Positions 16,420 through 23,810 of a stretch of DNA of 46,305 bases are shown here, piece by piece. Position numbers and translations under genes: made by a program. The stretch is from a virus: UHGV virus genome UHGV-1364013, one strand, 5' to 3'. The notes beneath the pieces were generated by a model, which saw only the letters and a list, made by a program, of their open reading frames with translations, was not told the origin of the DNA and ran no database searches. How positions within the stretch are numbered: position 1 is the first letter of the stretch; each line of letters starts with the position of its first letter.

Positions 16420-16902
16420 TTGAGAGTATTTGTTTTAAACAAACGAGGGCAACCGCTGATGCCGTGCTCACCGGCAAAAGCGATGAGCACATACAGGGAA
16501 GAATCGTTGTCGGAAACACTGCAAGACATGTCCGACCGTTTCGGAAAGCCCTTTGTCCGGCACATGATTGAACGCTTCGCGGGTATAACTCTTATTATTC
16601 CCGTCAAAAGCCGGAAGACGCGGCTAGCTCGGGAATTGTGCACCTTCTTGGGGCAGGATGCCCTTTCCGACTTTCTGCACACCTATGGCGGTACGAGAAT
16701 CTATATCCCCACTTTGCGCCGGGCGAAGATCCGCGCACGGGACATGGACATCAACGCCGAGCGGGACGAGTTGGCTCGCAAGGGGCTGAGTGAAAGAGCG
16801 CTTGTCGCCAGGCTCGCCACGCTGCACGGGCTTTCCGAACGGCAGGTGTGGCGCATTTTAAAACAGCCGAGAACCTCGGACAACAGGGAGGCGGCGTCAT
16901 GA
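16420..16902 (+). CDS. Mor/C-family late transcriptional activator with an N-terminal 20-aa RRXRR/PLMP-like segment (TTG start)
   Basis: C-terminus YGGTRIYIPTLRR...ELARKGLSERALVARLATLHGLSERQVWRILKQ is Mor-like. N-terminus (L)RVFVLNKRGQPLMPCSPAKA. SD gaggag 7 nt before the TTG. Confidence 0.5.
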   Translation: MRVFVLNKRGQPLMPCSPAKAMSTYREESLSETLQDMSDRFGKPFVRHMIERFAGITLIIPVKSRKTRLARELCTFLGQDALSDFLHTYGGTRIYIPTLRRAKIRARDMDINAERDELARKGLSERALVARLATLHGLSERQVWRILKQPRTSDNREAAS

Positions 16903-17330
16903 CGGTCTTACGCTTCACCTTGTCCTGCACGCCCACGGCACAGGCCCGAGTCCGCCACGCCGTCCGCTGCGGGCACAGCGTGGCCTACAAGTCTGCCGGG
17001 CAGAAGAGCGCGGAAGCCGTGCTTGATGATCTTCTTTCGAAGCGCGCCCCGGAAAAGCCGCTGGAAGGCCCTCTCGCGCTCGAATTTATCGCGGGGATGC
17101 CGATACCTGCGTCGACCCCGAAAAAACAACGAGAGGCCATGTTACGCGGCGAAATCGCCCATACGAAGAAGCCGGACCTCGACAACATGGCGAAGCAGCT
17201 CAAAGACGCCATGACGCGCGCGGGGTTCTGGGGGGATGATAAGCAGGTGGTGGCCCTACGCTGTTCAAAACGCTACGCCGCCGTCCCGCATTGGGAGGTA
17301 GCCGTGTACACACAGGAGGAAGCGCAATGA
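16896..17330 (+). CDS. rusA: RusA-family Holliday junction resolvase
   Basis: KKPDLDNMAKQLKDAMTRAGFWGDDKQVVAL...K is the RusA motif. SD gggagg before the ATG. Confidence 0.7.
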   Translation, partial: VMTVLRFTLSCTPTAQARVRHAVRCGHSVAYKSAGQKSAEAVLDDLLSKRAPEKPLEGPLALEFIAGMPIPASTPKKQREAMLRGEIAHTKKPDLDNMAKQLKDAMTRAGFWGDDKQVVALRCSKRYAAVPHWEVAVYTQEEAQ

Positions 17331-17509
17331 ATGAACGGAAATTGCTGCTCGGCTGGAAGCGCATTACGGAGTACACCGGAATTAGTCGCCTGCTCATGAT
17401 CCGCTACGCCTACCCCGTCCACGATTGCGATAGGGCAACTCATCTCGGGTACGGCGTATGCGCTTATACCGACGAGCTTGACGCGCACAGGGAGGCTATC
17501 AGTGCATAA
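17327..17509 (+). CDS. Small hypothetical (HTH-like) protein
   Basis: ATGAATG overlap with the rusA stop. Confidence 0.3.
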   Translation: MNERKLLLGWKRITEYTGISRLLMIRYAYPVHDCDRATHLGYGVCAYTDELDAHREAISA

Positions 17510-17762
17510 CATCGACATCACGATACTTGGTGAACAGGCTCTTGCGGCACTCATGCAGCGGCTGTCGGAAGCACGCGGGAAGCACCCTGTTTTCGCGGAG
17601 GGCAAATACCATGCGCTCGGCGTTATCGGGGGGGAGTACCGTGAGCTTGTACACGCCGTTGAGCACGAAACTCCGGAGCGTATCCGCGACGAAGCCCTCG
17701 ATGTAGCTGTGACCGCACTGCGGCTATGGCTTGGGGAACACAAGGTTGGTGCTCATGAGTGA
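17502..17762 (+). CDS. MazG-like nucleotide pyrophosphohydrolase (small)
   Basis: HPVFAEGKYHALGVIGGEYRELVHAVEHE...DEALDVAV is MazG-type. SD gggagg before the GTG. Confidence 0.4.
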   Translation: MHNIDITILGEQALAALMQRLSEARGKHPVFAEGKYHALGVIGGEYRELVHAVEHETPERIRDEALDVAVTALRLWLGEHKVGAHE

Positions 17763-18123
17763 CGTGTGGGTGAGCCAGTTCGAACTGTCAGAGGCCATCG
17801 GTGACGTGGGGGCGGTCATCCTCTGCGCACAGTGCGGTGGATGTTCATACTTTATCCCCCGGAAGCCCACAGGTTTTCTTCTGGAGTTGCTTGGTCGGCA
17901 GCGTATGGCGGCCCTCTGCACCGAATTTGGGGGGATGCAGATCGTCGTGCCCAACCTGCGCCGTGGTGAACCGTTCAAAGGACGTATCCTGTCCCGTCTG
18001 GAAGCAGGGGAGAAGCCGGACGCCATCGCCGAAGCCCTTGGCGTGACCACCAGGTACGTCCGTCGGCTCAAAAAGCAGCTTTGCGGGAACCCGGAACCAC
18101 AGCAGCAATATCGGCTGTTGTAG
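17755..18123 (+). CDS. Mor/C-family late transcriptional activator (second paralogue)
   Basis: EFGGMQIVVPNLRRGEPFKGRILSRLEAGEKPDAIAEALGVTTRYVRRLKKQL. Confidence 0.55.
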   Translation: MSDVWVSQFELSEAIGDVGAVILCAQCGGCSYFIPRKPTGFLLELLGRQRMAALCTEFGGMQIVVPNLRRGEPFKGRILSRLEAGEKPDAIAEALGVTTRYVRRLKKQLCGNPEPQQQYRLL

Positions 18124-18126
18124 AAT

Positions 18127-18139
18127 CTTGTTCACGGTG
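18127..18139 (+). promoter_or_regulatory. Conserved motif CTTGTTCACGGTG (copy 1), upstream of the lysis cassette; candidate late-promoter activator site
   Basis: Identical 13-mers occur at 25842-25854 and 33381-33393 (TTTGTTCACGGTG). Confidence 0.45.
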
Positions 18140-18188
18140 ATCCTCTCTTGTTCTCCTGTGAGAGAGTGGACGTAGGAGGATTTTCTTT

Positions 18189-18575
18189 ATGGCTGTTCTT
18201 CCCTTGCGTCACTTCTCCCCGGTCGAGTTCCGCTGCAAGTGCGGGTGCGGCGCGGGCATGGAGAAGATGGACGCCGACCTGCTCCAGATGCTCGACGAGG
18301 CCCGCGATCTGGCGGGCATCCCGTTCCCCCTTTCTTCCGCCTACCGCTGCCCGAAGCACAACAAGGCGGTCGGCGGTGTGCCCACCTCAGCGCACACTCG
18401 CGGCTATGCCGTGGATATCCGCTGTGTGGATTCCCATTCCCGTTTCGTCATGCTGCAAGCCCTGCTTGAGGCCGGATTCCGGCGCATCGAGCTGGCTCCG
18501 ACATGGATTCATGTGGACAACGACCCCGACAAGCCGCGCGACGTGGCCTTTTACCAGCATGGAGGCAAGTACTGA
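18189..18575 (+). CDS. Endolysin, peptidase M15 (L-Ala-D-Glu/D-Ala-D-Ala peptidase type)
   Basis: FSPVEFRCKCGCG...SAYRCPKHNKAVGGVPTSAHTRGYAVDI...HVD is the Peptidase_M15 zinc-site signature. Confidence 0.7.
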   Translation: MAVLPLRHFSPVEFRCKCGCGAGMEKMDADLLQMLDEARDLAGIPFPLSSAYRCPKHNKAVGGVPTSAHTRGYAVDIRCVDSHSRFVMLQALLEAGFRRIELAPTWIHVDNDPDKPRDVAFYQHGGKY

Positions 18576-18865
18576 TGGAAGCGACCGTGATTGATTTCAT
18601 CCTTTCGACCTTGATGAGCCTTTCCGCGCAGTATCCCGACGCGGCATGGATCATCACCGCCCTGAGTGTGCTCATGACTGTGTGCGGCCTATGCGCCGTG
18701 GCCACCGTATGGATGCCTGTCCCCAAGGAACCGGCGGGGCTGTATGCCGCCGTGTACCGCTGGGCCCACGCCCTTGCCGCACACTTCGGGCAGAACAAGG
18801 GCGCCGTGGCTGACGGCAAGGCCCCGGAAGTTCAGCAGGCCGTGAAGCAGGTCATGGGGAAGTGA
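18575..18865 (+). CDS. Holin-like small membrane protein
   Basis: Two hydrophobic segments. ATG overlaps the endolysin stop (TGATGG). Confidence 0.4.
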   Translation: MEATVIDFILSTLMSLSAQYPDAAWIITALSVLMTVCGLCAVATVWMPVPKEPAGLYAAVYRWAHALAAHFGQNKGAVADGKAPEVQQAVKQVMGK

Positions 18866-19149
18866 TGTGGACGCGTGGGCGGCTTTTCTCTCGGCTCTCT
18901 TGCAGCTGGGCCTGCGCCTGCTGGAAAAGGCGGACGCGGCCCGCGCTGCTGAGTTCCGCCGTAGTGTTGCTTCTGATGGTGCCGGGGTGCTCATATCTCA
19001 GCTCAACCCAGGAAGTGCCGGCGCTTCCAGTCCTGACAAGCCTGCAACGTCTGGAACTGAACGGGACGCCGGGCGTGTGGATGGACAGCAGTGACGCCGG
19101 ACGCCTTGCGCAGTGGATATACGATGTGACGGGGGAGGCAGGCCGATGA
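18862..19149 (+). CDS. Spanin-like lipoprotein candidate (KRRTRPALLSSAVVLLLMVPGC). It overlaps an alternative-frame ORF 18867..19094 whose N-terminus is hydrophobic and coiled.
   Basis: Lipobox-like VPGC. Overlapping-frame arrangement recalls Rz/Rz1. Confidence 0.3.
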   Translation: MMWTRGRLFSRLSCSWACACWKRRTRPALLSSAVVLLLMVPGCSYLSSTQEVPALPVLTSLQRLELNGTPGVWMDSSDAGRLAQWIYDVTGEAGR

Positions 19150-19613
19150 ATCAGGTAGGGAAGGAAGGCGCTGACCATGCCTCCGAATACATCGAAGCCG
19201 TGCGCGGGACGTGGCCGCTTATATCCCTCGCCGGGGCTATCGCACTGGCCTCTGCGCTGCATCAGCTCAAGCGTGGGTACAAACAGCGTACGCGGGCGCA
19301 GAAGGCCGTCACCGTGCTCCTGAACGCCGTTTTAACTACGTCCCTTGCCGTGGGTTGCGTTCTGCTGCTTCCGCTTGCCGTGCCCGACGTGACGCCGGAA
19401 ATGCAGATTGCCGGAGCCGTGGTGCTTGCCGGTCTCGGCGGGGAGACGGTCAAACAGTGGATTCTGAAGCGTCTCGGGTTGTCCGTGGTGGACCTCATGA
19501 ACCCGGACGACATCAACGACATCCGCAAGACCATGGACCCGGAGACGCGGAAGAAACATGCTGAACAATGCCCCTTCCGGGAAGACGAGTGTGCCCATCA
19601 TGAAGAGCGGTAA
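19146..19613 (+). CDS. Membrane protein (2-3 TM) in the lysis cassette
   Basis: ATGA overlap with the preceding ORF. Hydrophobic segments. Confidence 0.4.
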   Translation: MNQVGKEGADHASEYIEAVRGTWPLISLAGAIALASALHQLKRGYKQRTRAQKAVTVLLNAVLTTSLAVGCVLLLPLAVPDVTPEMQIAGAVVLAGLGGETVKQWILKRLGLSVVDLMNPDDINDIRKTMDPETRKKHAEQCPFREDECAHHEER

Positions 19614-19626
19614 TATTTTTCTTTAT

Positions 19627-19670
19627 CCAGCGCGCCGTAAAACCTCTCCCTTCAGGGGGAGGATATAAAG
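19627..19670. repeat. Solo IS605 left-end (LE) hairpin copy after TTAT: ccagcgcgccgtaaaacctctcccttcagggggaggatataaag
   Basis: About 85% identical to the LE of the full IS at 23742-23790. Its ggagga provides the SD for terS. Confidence 0.55.
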
Positions 19671-20224
19671 TGGGAGTTGTGAGCATGGCGTCAAGATTTG
19701 ATTGGGAATCCATCCGTGCCGAGTACGAAGTAGGGGCGAGCCAGTCCGATCTGTCCAAGCGTTACGGTGTGAGCCGGACAGCCATCCAAAAGCGCATCCG
19801 GGCCGAGGGCTGGGTGCAGGACATTTCCGGCACCGTGAACCGCATGGCGGAGGCCAAGGTTGTGGGCGTGGTTGCAGGCTGCAACCCTCAAAAAAAGGCC
19901 GAAGCCTTGGACCGCGCCGCCGAAGCCAAGGCCGCCGTCATCACCCGCCACCAACGGGAGTGGGATCGACATCAGGCCCTCATTGATGAGGCGTTGTCCC
20001 TGGGCAGCTTCGACAAGGCCAAGCTCGCCAAAATCACAGCCGAGACGATCAAGATCCGGCAGGAGGGCGAGCGCAAGGCGTGGGGCATCGTTGACAAAGC
20101 CGCGTTGGATCACACTTCATCCGACGGTTCGCTATCTCAGCGTCCGGTGGATCTCTCGCACCTCTCTCCGGACGAGCTGCTTCGCCTGACAAAGGAAGCC
20201 TTCAAAACGCCGGATCATGAGTAG
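19670..20224 (+). CDS. terS: Terminase small subunit (HTH-containing); alternative ATG start at 19685
   Basis: Lies directly upstream of terL. N-terminal HTH LSKRYGVSRTAIQKRIR. Stop overlaps the terL start. Confidence 0.5.
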   Translation: MGVVSMASRFDWESIRAEYEVGASQSDLSKRYGVSRTAIQKRIRAEGWVQDISGTVNRMAEAKVVGVVAGCNPQKKAEALDRAAEAKAAVITRHQREWDRHQALIDEALSLGSFDKAKLAKITAETIKIRQEGERKAWGIVDKAALDHTSSDGSLSQRPVDLSHLSPDELLRLTKEAFKTPDHE

Positions 20225-23200
20225 CCCCGCCATCCTTTCCGATATCCGGAAGGCGCTGGCCCGGAGCTGTCTCGCGGCCTTCGTGCGCTACACCATGCCC
20301 GGCTACCGCATGGGATGGGTGCATGAGGAAATCTGTTCCGAGCTGGACGCCTTCCTTGCCGATGTCGTAGCTGGACGTTCCCCGCGCCTCATGCTGACCA
20401 TGCCCCCGCGACATGGGAAACTGTGCGCTGATGATACTCCTGTTTTGACGGTTGATGGGTGGAAAACTCATGGTGCGCTTAAGGTTGGTGATTATGTATT
20501 TCACCCAAGTGGCAAACCTGTGAGGGTTGTTGCTGTGGGCGAGAAAAATTTTGCCACTCATTCTGTTGTTTTTACCAATGGCGACATAATAGATGTGCAC
20601 CTTGATCATGAGTGGCGGGTGTATGACAGGACTAAACCCGGATATAGAACAGTTGAGACACGATACTTTGTGGAGCCAAGCAAAAAAACTAAGGCGCTTA
20701 GGAAGCTGGATAGCGGTATCCCAGACACCAGAGGGCACAGGTATTTGTATCAGGTGGACACAGCTGATGCTCCCCAATGGCCTGCCGTAGAACACGTTAT
20801 CCCGCCATACGTTTTGGGCGTGTGGTTAGGTGATGGAACGTCAATCGCGCCCAGAATAAACATGGCTCCTGATGACGCTTGTGTCGTCAAAATGGAGTTT
20901 GAACGACTAGGTGTGCCAATAACTGGAACATGGGTGCATAGAGATACTGGAGTTGAAACTTTTTCATTTGCCAGCGGCGTGAAAAATAGAAGAAATATAT
21001 TTTCGCAGGCTCTAAAAGATGCTGATCTGCTAAAAAATAAACATATTCCTAATGAGTACAAGCATGATAGCCTAGAAAACAGGCTTGACTTGCTTGCTGG
21101 ACTTATTGATACGGATGGTCATTTTGATAGAAAGACAAACAGATATCGTTTTACAACATCCAATGAGCTGTTAGCGCATGATGTAGAAGAATTGGCCATG
21201 CTATGCGGGTTTGTAGCGCATACAAATATCCCAGCACTAGATAATCGGGAAAGAACGATTAAAAATAAGTCACAGGTTTATGTGGTGTCATTTTTCTTTT
21301 CCGGTGTAGTTGTCCCGTGCAGACTTGAACGGAAAAAAGTTAATAAAACGTTTTCTTCTCTGCGTCGGCGCGTATCCATCAAATGTGTACGAGCGCTAGA
21401 GTCGCCTAAAATGGGGAATTGTATTCAGGTGGATAGTCCAGATGGCTTATATTTAGTTGGCAAACACCTTACGATAACCCACAATAGCGAGCTGGCCTCC
21501 CGCCGCTTCCCGGCCTACGCCTTGGGCCGCTACCCCGATCTATCCGTCATTTCAACGAGCTACGCCGCCGACCTGTCCTCGCGCATGAACCGCGATGTTC
21601 AGCGTGTCATCGACAGCCCGGAATACCGGGAACTCTTCCCGGGAACAGCCCTTTACGGCAAGAATATCCGCACCGTCGGGAACGGCTCTTATCTCCGCAA
21701 CTCGGATATCTTCGAAATCGTGGGGCACGCTGGCTGCTACCGTTCCGCTGGCGTGGGCGGCGGCATCACGGGCATGGGTGGGCATATCGTCATCGTCGAC
21801 GACCCGTTCAAGGACCGGGCGTCCGCCGATTCCCCGACCATCCGCCAGAACGTCTGGGACTGGTACACGTCCACGTTGTACACGCGCCTCGCGCCCGGTG
21901 GAGGGGTGCTCATCATCAACACTCGCTGGCACATGGCTGACCTTTCCGGGCGGCTGCTTGAGGCCGCCGCACGGGGGGAGGGCGACCACTGGCGCGTGGT
22001 AAACTTCCCGGCCATCGCCACGGAGGATGAGCCGCACCGCAAGGCAGGTGAAGCCTTACACCCTGAACGCTACCCGTTGGAGCAGCTTCTTGCCATCAAG
22101 AAAGCCCTCGGCACACGCGACTGGGAGGCCCTGTACCAGCAGCGGCCTACGCCAGACGGCGGCGCCATCTTCAAATCCGAGTGGCTGCGGTTCTGGCTCC
22201 CCAAAGACCTGCCGGAGCAGTTCGACCAGCTCCTTATCTCGTGGGATATGACGTTCAAGGACGGCGACGATACCGACTTTGTTGTGGGGCAGGTGTGGGG
22301 CCGCAAGGGGGCAGACCGCTACCTCCTCGATCAGGTCCGGCGGCGCATGGGATTTACGGACACGGTCGCCGCGTTCCGGGAGCTCGCCGCCAAATGGCCC
22401 GGCGCAGCCCGCAAGCTGGTGGAAGACAAGGCCAACGGCCCGGCGGTCATCGACGCGCTGAAACACGCCGTGCCCGGTATCATCCCCGTGGAGCCGGACG
22501 GCAGCAAGACGGCTCGCGCCCATGCTGTGACCACGTTCTTCGAGGCCGGGAACGTCCTTATCCCGCACCCTGAGCATTGCCCGTGGGCGCGGGAGTACGT
22601 CGCGGAACTGACGCAGTTCCCCGGAGCGCCCCACGACGATCAATGTTTTGCTGCAGGCACTTTAGTTGCGACTTTGCGAGGGGGTATCCCAATTGAAAAA
22701 GTAAAGGAAGGTGATTTTGTTGTGACTCCTCAAGGGTTTAGGCGTGTGTTGTTCGCTGGAAAAACCGGAGAGTCTGTGTTATTGTATCGACATGGAATTT
22801 TTGCAACTGCGAATCATCCGTTCATGAAAACCAGTGGAGAAGTTTGCAAATTTGCAGAAATAGAAAAGTCTGAACTTGTTCACATGACTATAAGGGAGTT
22901 GCTAGTATGGATATTCCGAAAAGAGTTGAATTTAATGGCGTCACCTATGCCCTCATGGCAGGGGGGAAATACTATCTTAGTCAGTCAAAAACAAACGCAG
23001 GTGGGAAAAATCCGAAGGGGCTTCATGTCGCTATTTGGGAATACTACAGTGGCAAGAAAGTCCCTAAAGGGTATGAGATTCATCACAAAGATGGTAATAC
23101 ACATAACAACAATTTTGACAACCTTGAGTGTTTATCACGTTGTGAACACCGCAAAACGGTTAAGCAAAACAAAGAAAAATGCCGTAAGCACCTTGAAGAA

Positions 23201-23717
23201 GTACGCCCTCTTGCTACTGAGTGGCACAGGAGCGAAGAAGGCCGTGCATGGCATCGAGAGCAAAGCAGGAAGGCATACGCAAAAAGAGAGTATACTGAGC
23301 ATGTTTGTGAGTACTGCGGCAAGACGTATAAAACGCGCCATACGGGAAAAAACCGCTTCTGTTCCCATAATTGTGAAATCAAATGGCGATATCACAATGA
23401 ATACGAGCTTGCCGAGGGTGTGTGCCAATGGTGCGGCAAACCGTTCACATACAAGACCGGAACCTGCAGAAAAAACAAAGTACGTAAATTCTGCAGCAAG
23501 TCTTGCAGCACAAGCCACTTCAACGCCCAACGCCGTGCCAGTGTATAACCTCACCGTAGAGGGCGAGCACCTTTATTTTGCTAATGGGGTGCTCGTCCAC
23601 AATTGTGACGCCACCACGCAGGCCCTCCGCGACTTCGATACCAAGCGGCCCATGTGCATCGACACCCGGATACTGCGCCAGCCGCGCATGGAGTTGAGGC
23701 GCATTGGGGGGATTTGA
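20217..23717 (+). CDS. terL: Terminase large subunit precursor with two inteins (mature protein about 493 aa)
   Basis: Exteins carry the P-loop PRHGK(L|S), the ATPase motif VIVDDPFKD and the nuclease domain. Intein boundaries are C...THN|S and C...VLVHN|C. Confidence 0.8.
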   Translation: MSSPAILSDIRKALARSCLAAFVRYTMPGYRMGWVHEEICSELDAFLADVVAGRSPRLMLTMPPRHGKLCADDTPVLTVDGWKTHGALKVGDYVFHPSGKPVRVVAVGEKNFATHSVVFTNGDIIDVHLDHEWRVYDRTKPGYRTVETRYFVEPSKKTKALRKLDSGIPDTRGHRYLYQVDTADAPQWPAVEHVIPPYVLGVWLGDGTSIAPRINMAPDDACVVKMEFERLGVPITGTWVHRDTGVETFSFASGVKNRRNIFSQALKDADLLKNKHIPNEYKHDSLENRLDLLAGLIDTDGHFDRKTNRYRFTTSNELLAHDVEELAMLCGFVAHTNIPALDNRERTIKNKSQVYVVSFFFSGVVVPCRLERKKVNKTFSSLRRRVSIKCVRALESPKMGNCIQVDSPDGLYLVGKHLTITHNSELASRRFPAYALGRYPDLSVISTSYAADLSSRMNRDVQRVIDSPEYRELFPGTALYGKNIRTVGNGSYLRNSDIFEIVGHAGCYRSAGVGGGITGMGGHIVIVDDPFKDRASADSPTIRQNVWDWYTSTLYTRLAPGGGVLIINTRWHMADLSGRLLEAAARGEGDHWRVVNFPAIATEDEPHRKAGEALHPERYPLEQLLAIKKALGTRDWEALYQQRPTPDGGAIFKSEWLRFWLPKDLPEQFDQLLISWDMTFKDGDDTDFVVGQVWGRKGADRYLLDQVRRRMGFTDTVAAFRELAAKWPGAARKLVEDKANGPAVIDALKHAVPGIIPVEPDGSKTARAHAVTTFFEAGNVLIPHPEHCPWAREYVAELTQFPGAPHDDQCFAAGTLVATLRGGIPIEKVKEGDFVVTPQGFRRVLFAGKTGESVLLYRHGIFATANHPFMKTSGEVCKFAEIEKSELVHMTIRELLVWIFRKELNLMASPMPSWQGGNTILVSQKQTQVGKIRRGFMSLFGNTTVARKSLKGMRFITKMVIHITTILTTLSVYHVVNTAKRLSKTKKNAVSTLKKYALLLLSGTGAKKAVHGIESKAGRHTQKESILSMFVSTAARRIKRAIREKTASVPIIVKSNGDITMNTSLPRVCANGAANRSHTRPEPAEKTKYVNSAASLAAQATSTPNAVPVYNLTVEGEHLYFANGVLVHNCDATTQALRDFDTKRPMCIDTRILRQPRMELRRIGGI
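20424..21485 (+). mobile_element. Intein 1 (354 aa) with a LAGLIDADG homing-endonuclease domain, inserted in the terminase Walker-A loop
   Basis: Starts CADDTPVLTVDGW. Contains LDLLAGLIDTDGHF. Ends ITHN followed by +1 Ser. AT-rich relative to its flanks. Confidence 0.75.
22644..23603 (+). mobile_element. Intein 2 (320 aa) in the terminase nuclease domain
   Basis: Starts CFAAGTLVATLRGGIPIEKVKEGDFVVT. Ends GEHLYFANGVLVHN followed by +1 Cys. AT-rich. Confidence 0.7.
22907..23548 (+). CDS. HNH endonuclease ORF nested out-of-frame inside intein 2
   Basis: HHKDGNTHNNNFDNLECLSRCEHRKT is an HNH motif. C-terminal CxxCGK..RFCSxxC repeats. Frame offset +2 relative to terL. Confidence 0.65.
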   Translation: MDIPKRVEFNGVTYALMAGGKYYLSQSKTNAGGKNPKGLHVAIWEYYSGKKVPKGYEIHHKDGNTHNNNFDNLECLSRCEHRKTVKQNKEKCRKHLEEVRPLATEWHRSEEGRAWHREQSRKAYAKREYTEHVCEYCGKTYKTRHTGKNRFCSHNCEIKWRYHNEYELAEGVCQWCGKPFTYKTGTCRKNKVRKFCSKSCSTSHFNAQRRASV

Positions 23718-23810
23718 GGCTGCGTGGGACCCACGCGTTACCCAGCGCGCCGTAAAGCCTCGCCCTTCAGGGCGGGGATATAAGGCGCACCTTAACTGGA
23801 ATTTTTGCCT

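Noticed and set aside
15966-16682. 238-aa minus-strand ORF and 80-aa plus-strand ORF (15953..16195) over the structured non-coding region
   Set aside because: No SD or family signal. The region's hairpin density and G.U-dependent stems point to RNA or DNA structure rather than coding. The ORF also runs antisense into the Mor-like gene.
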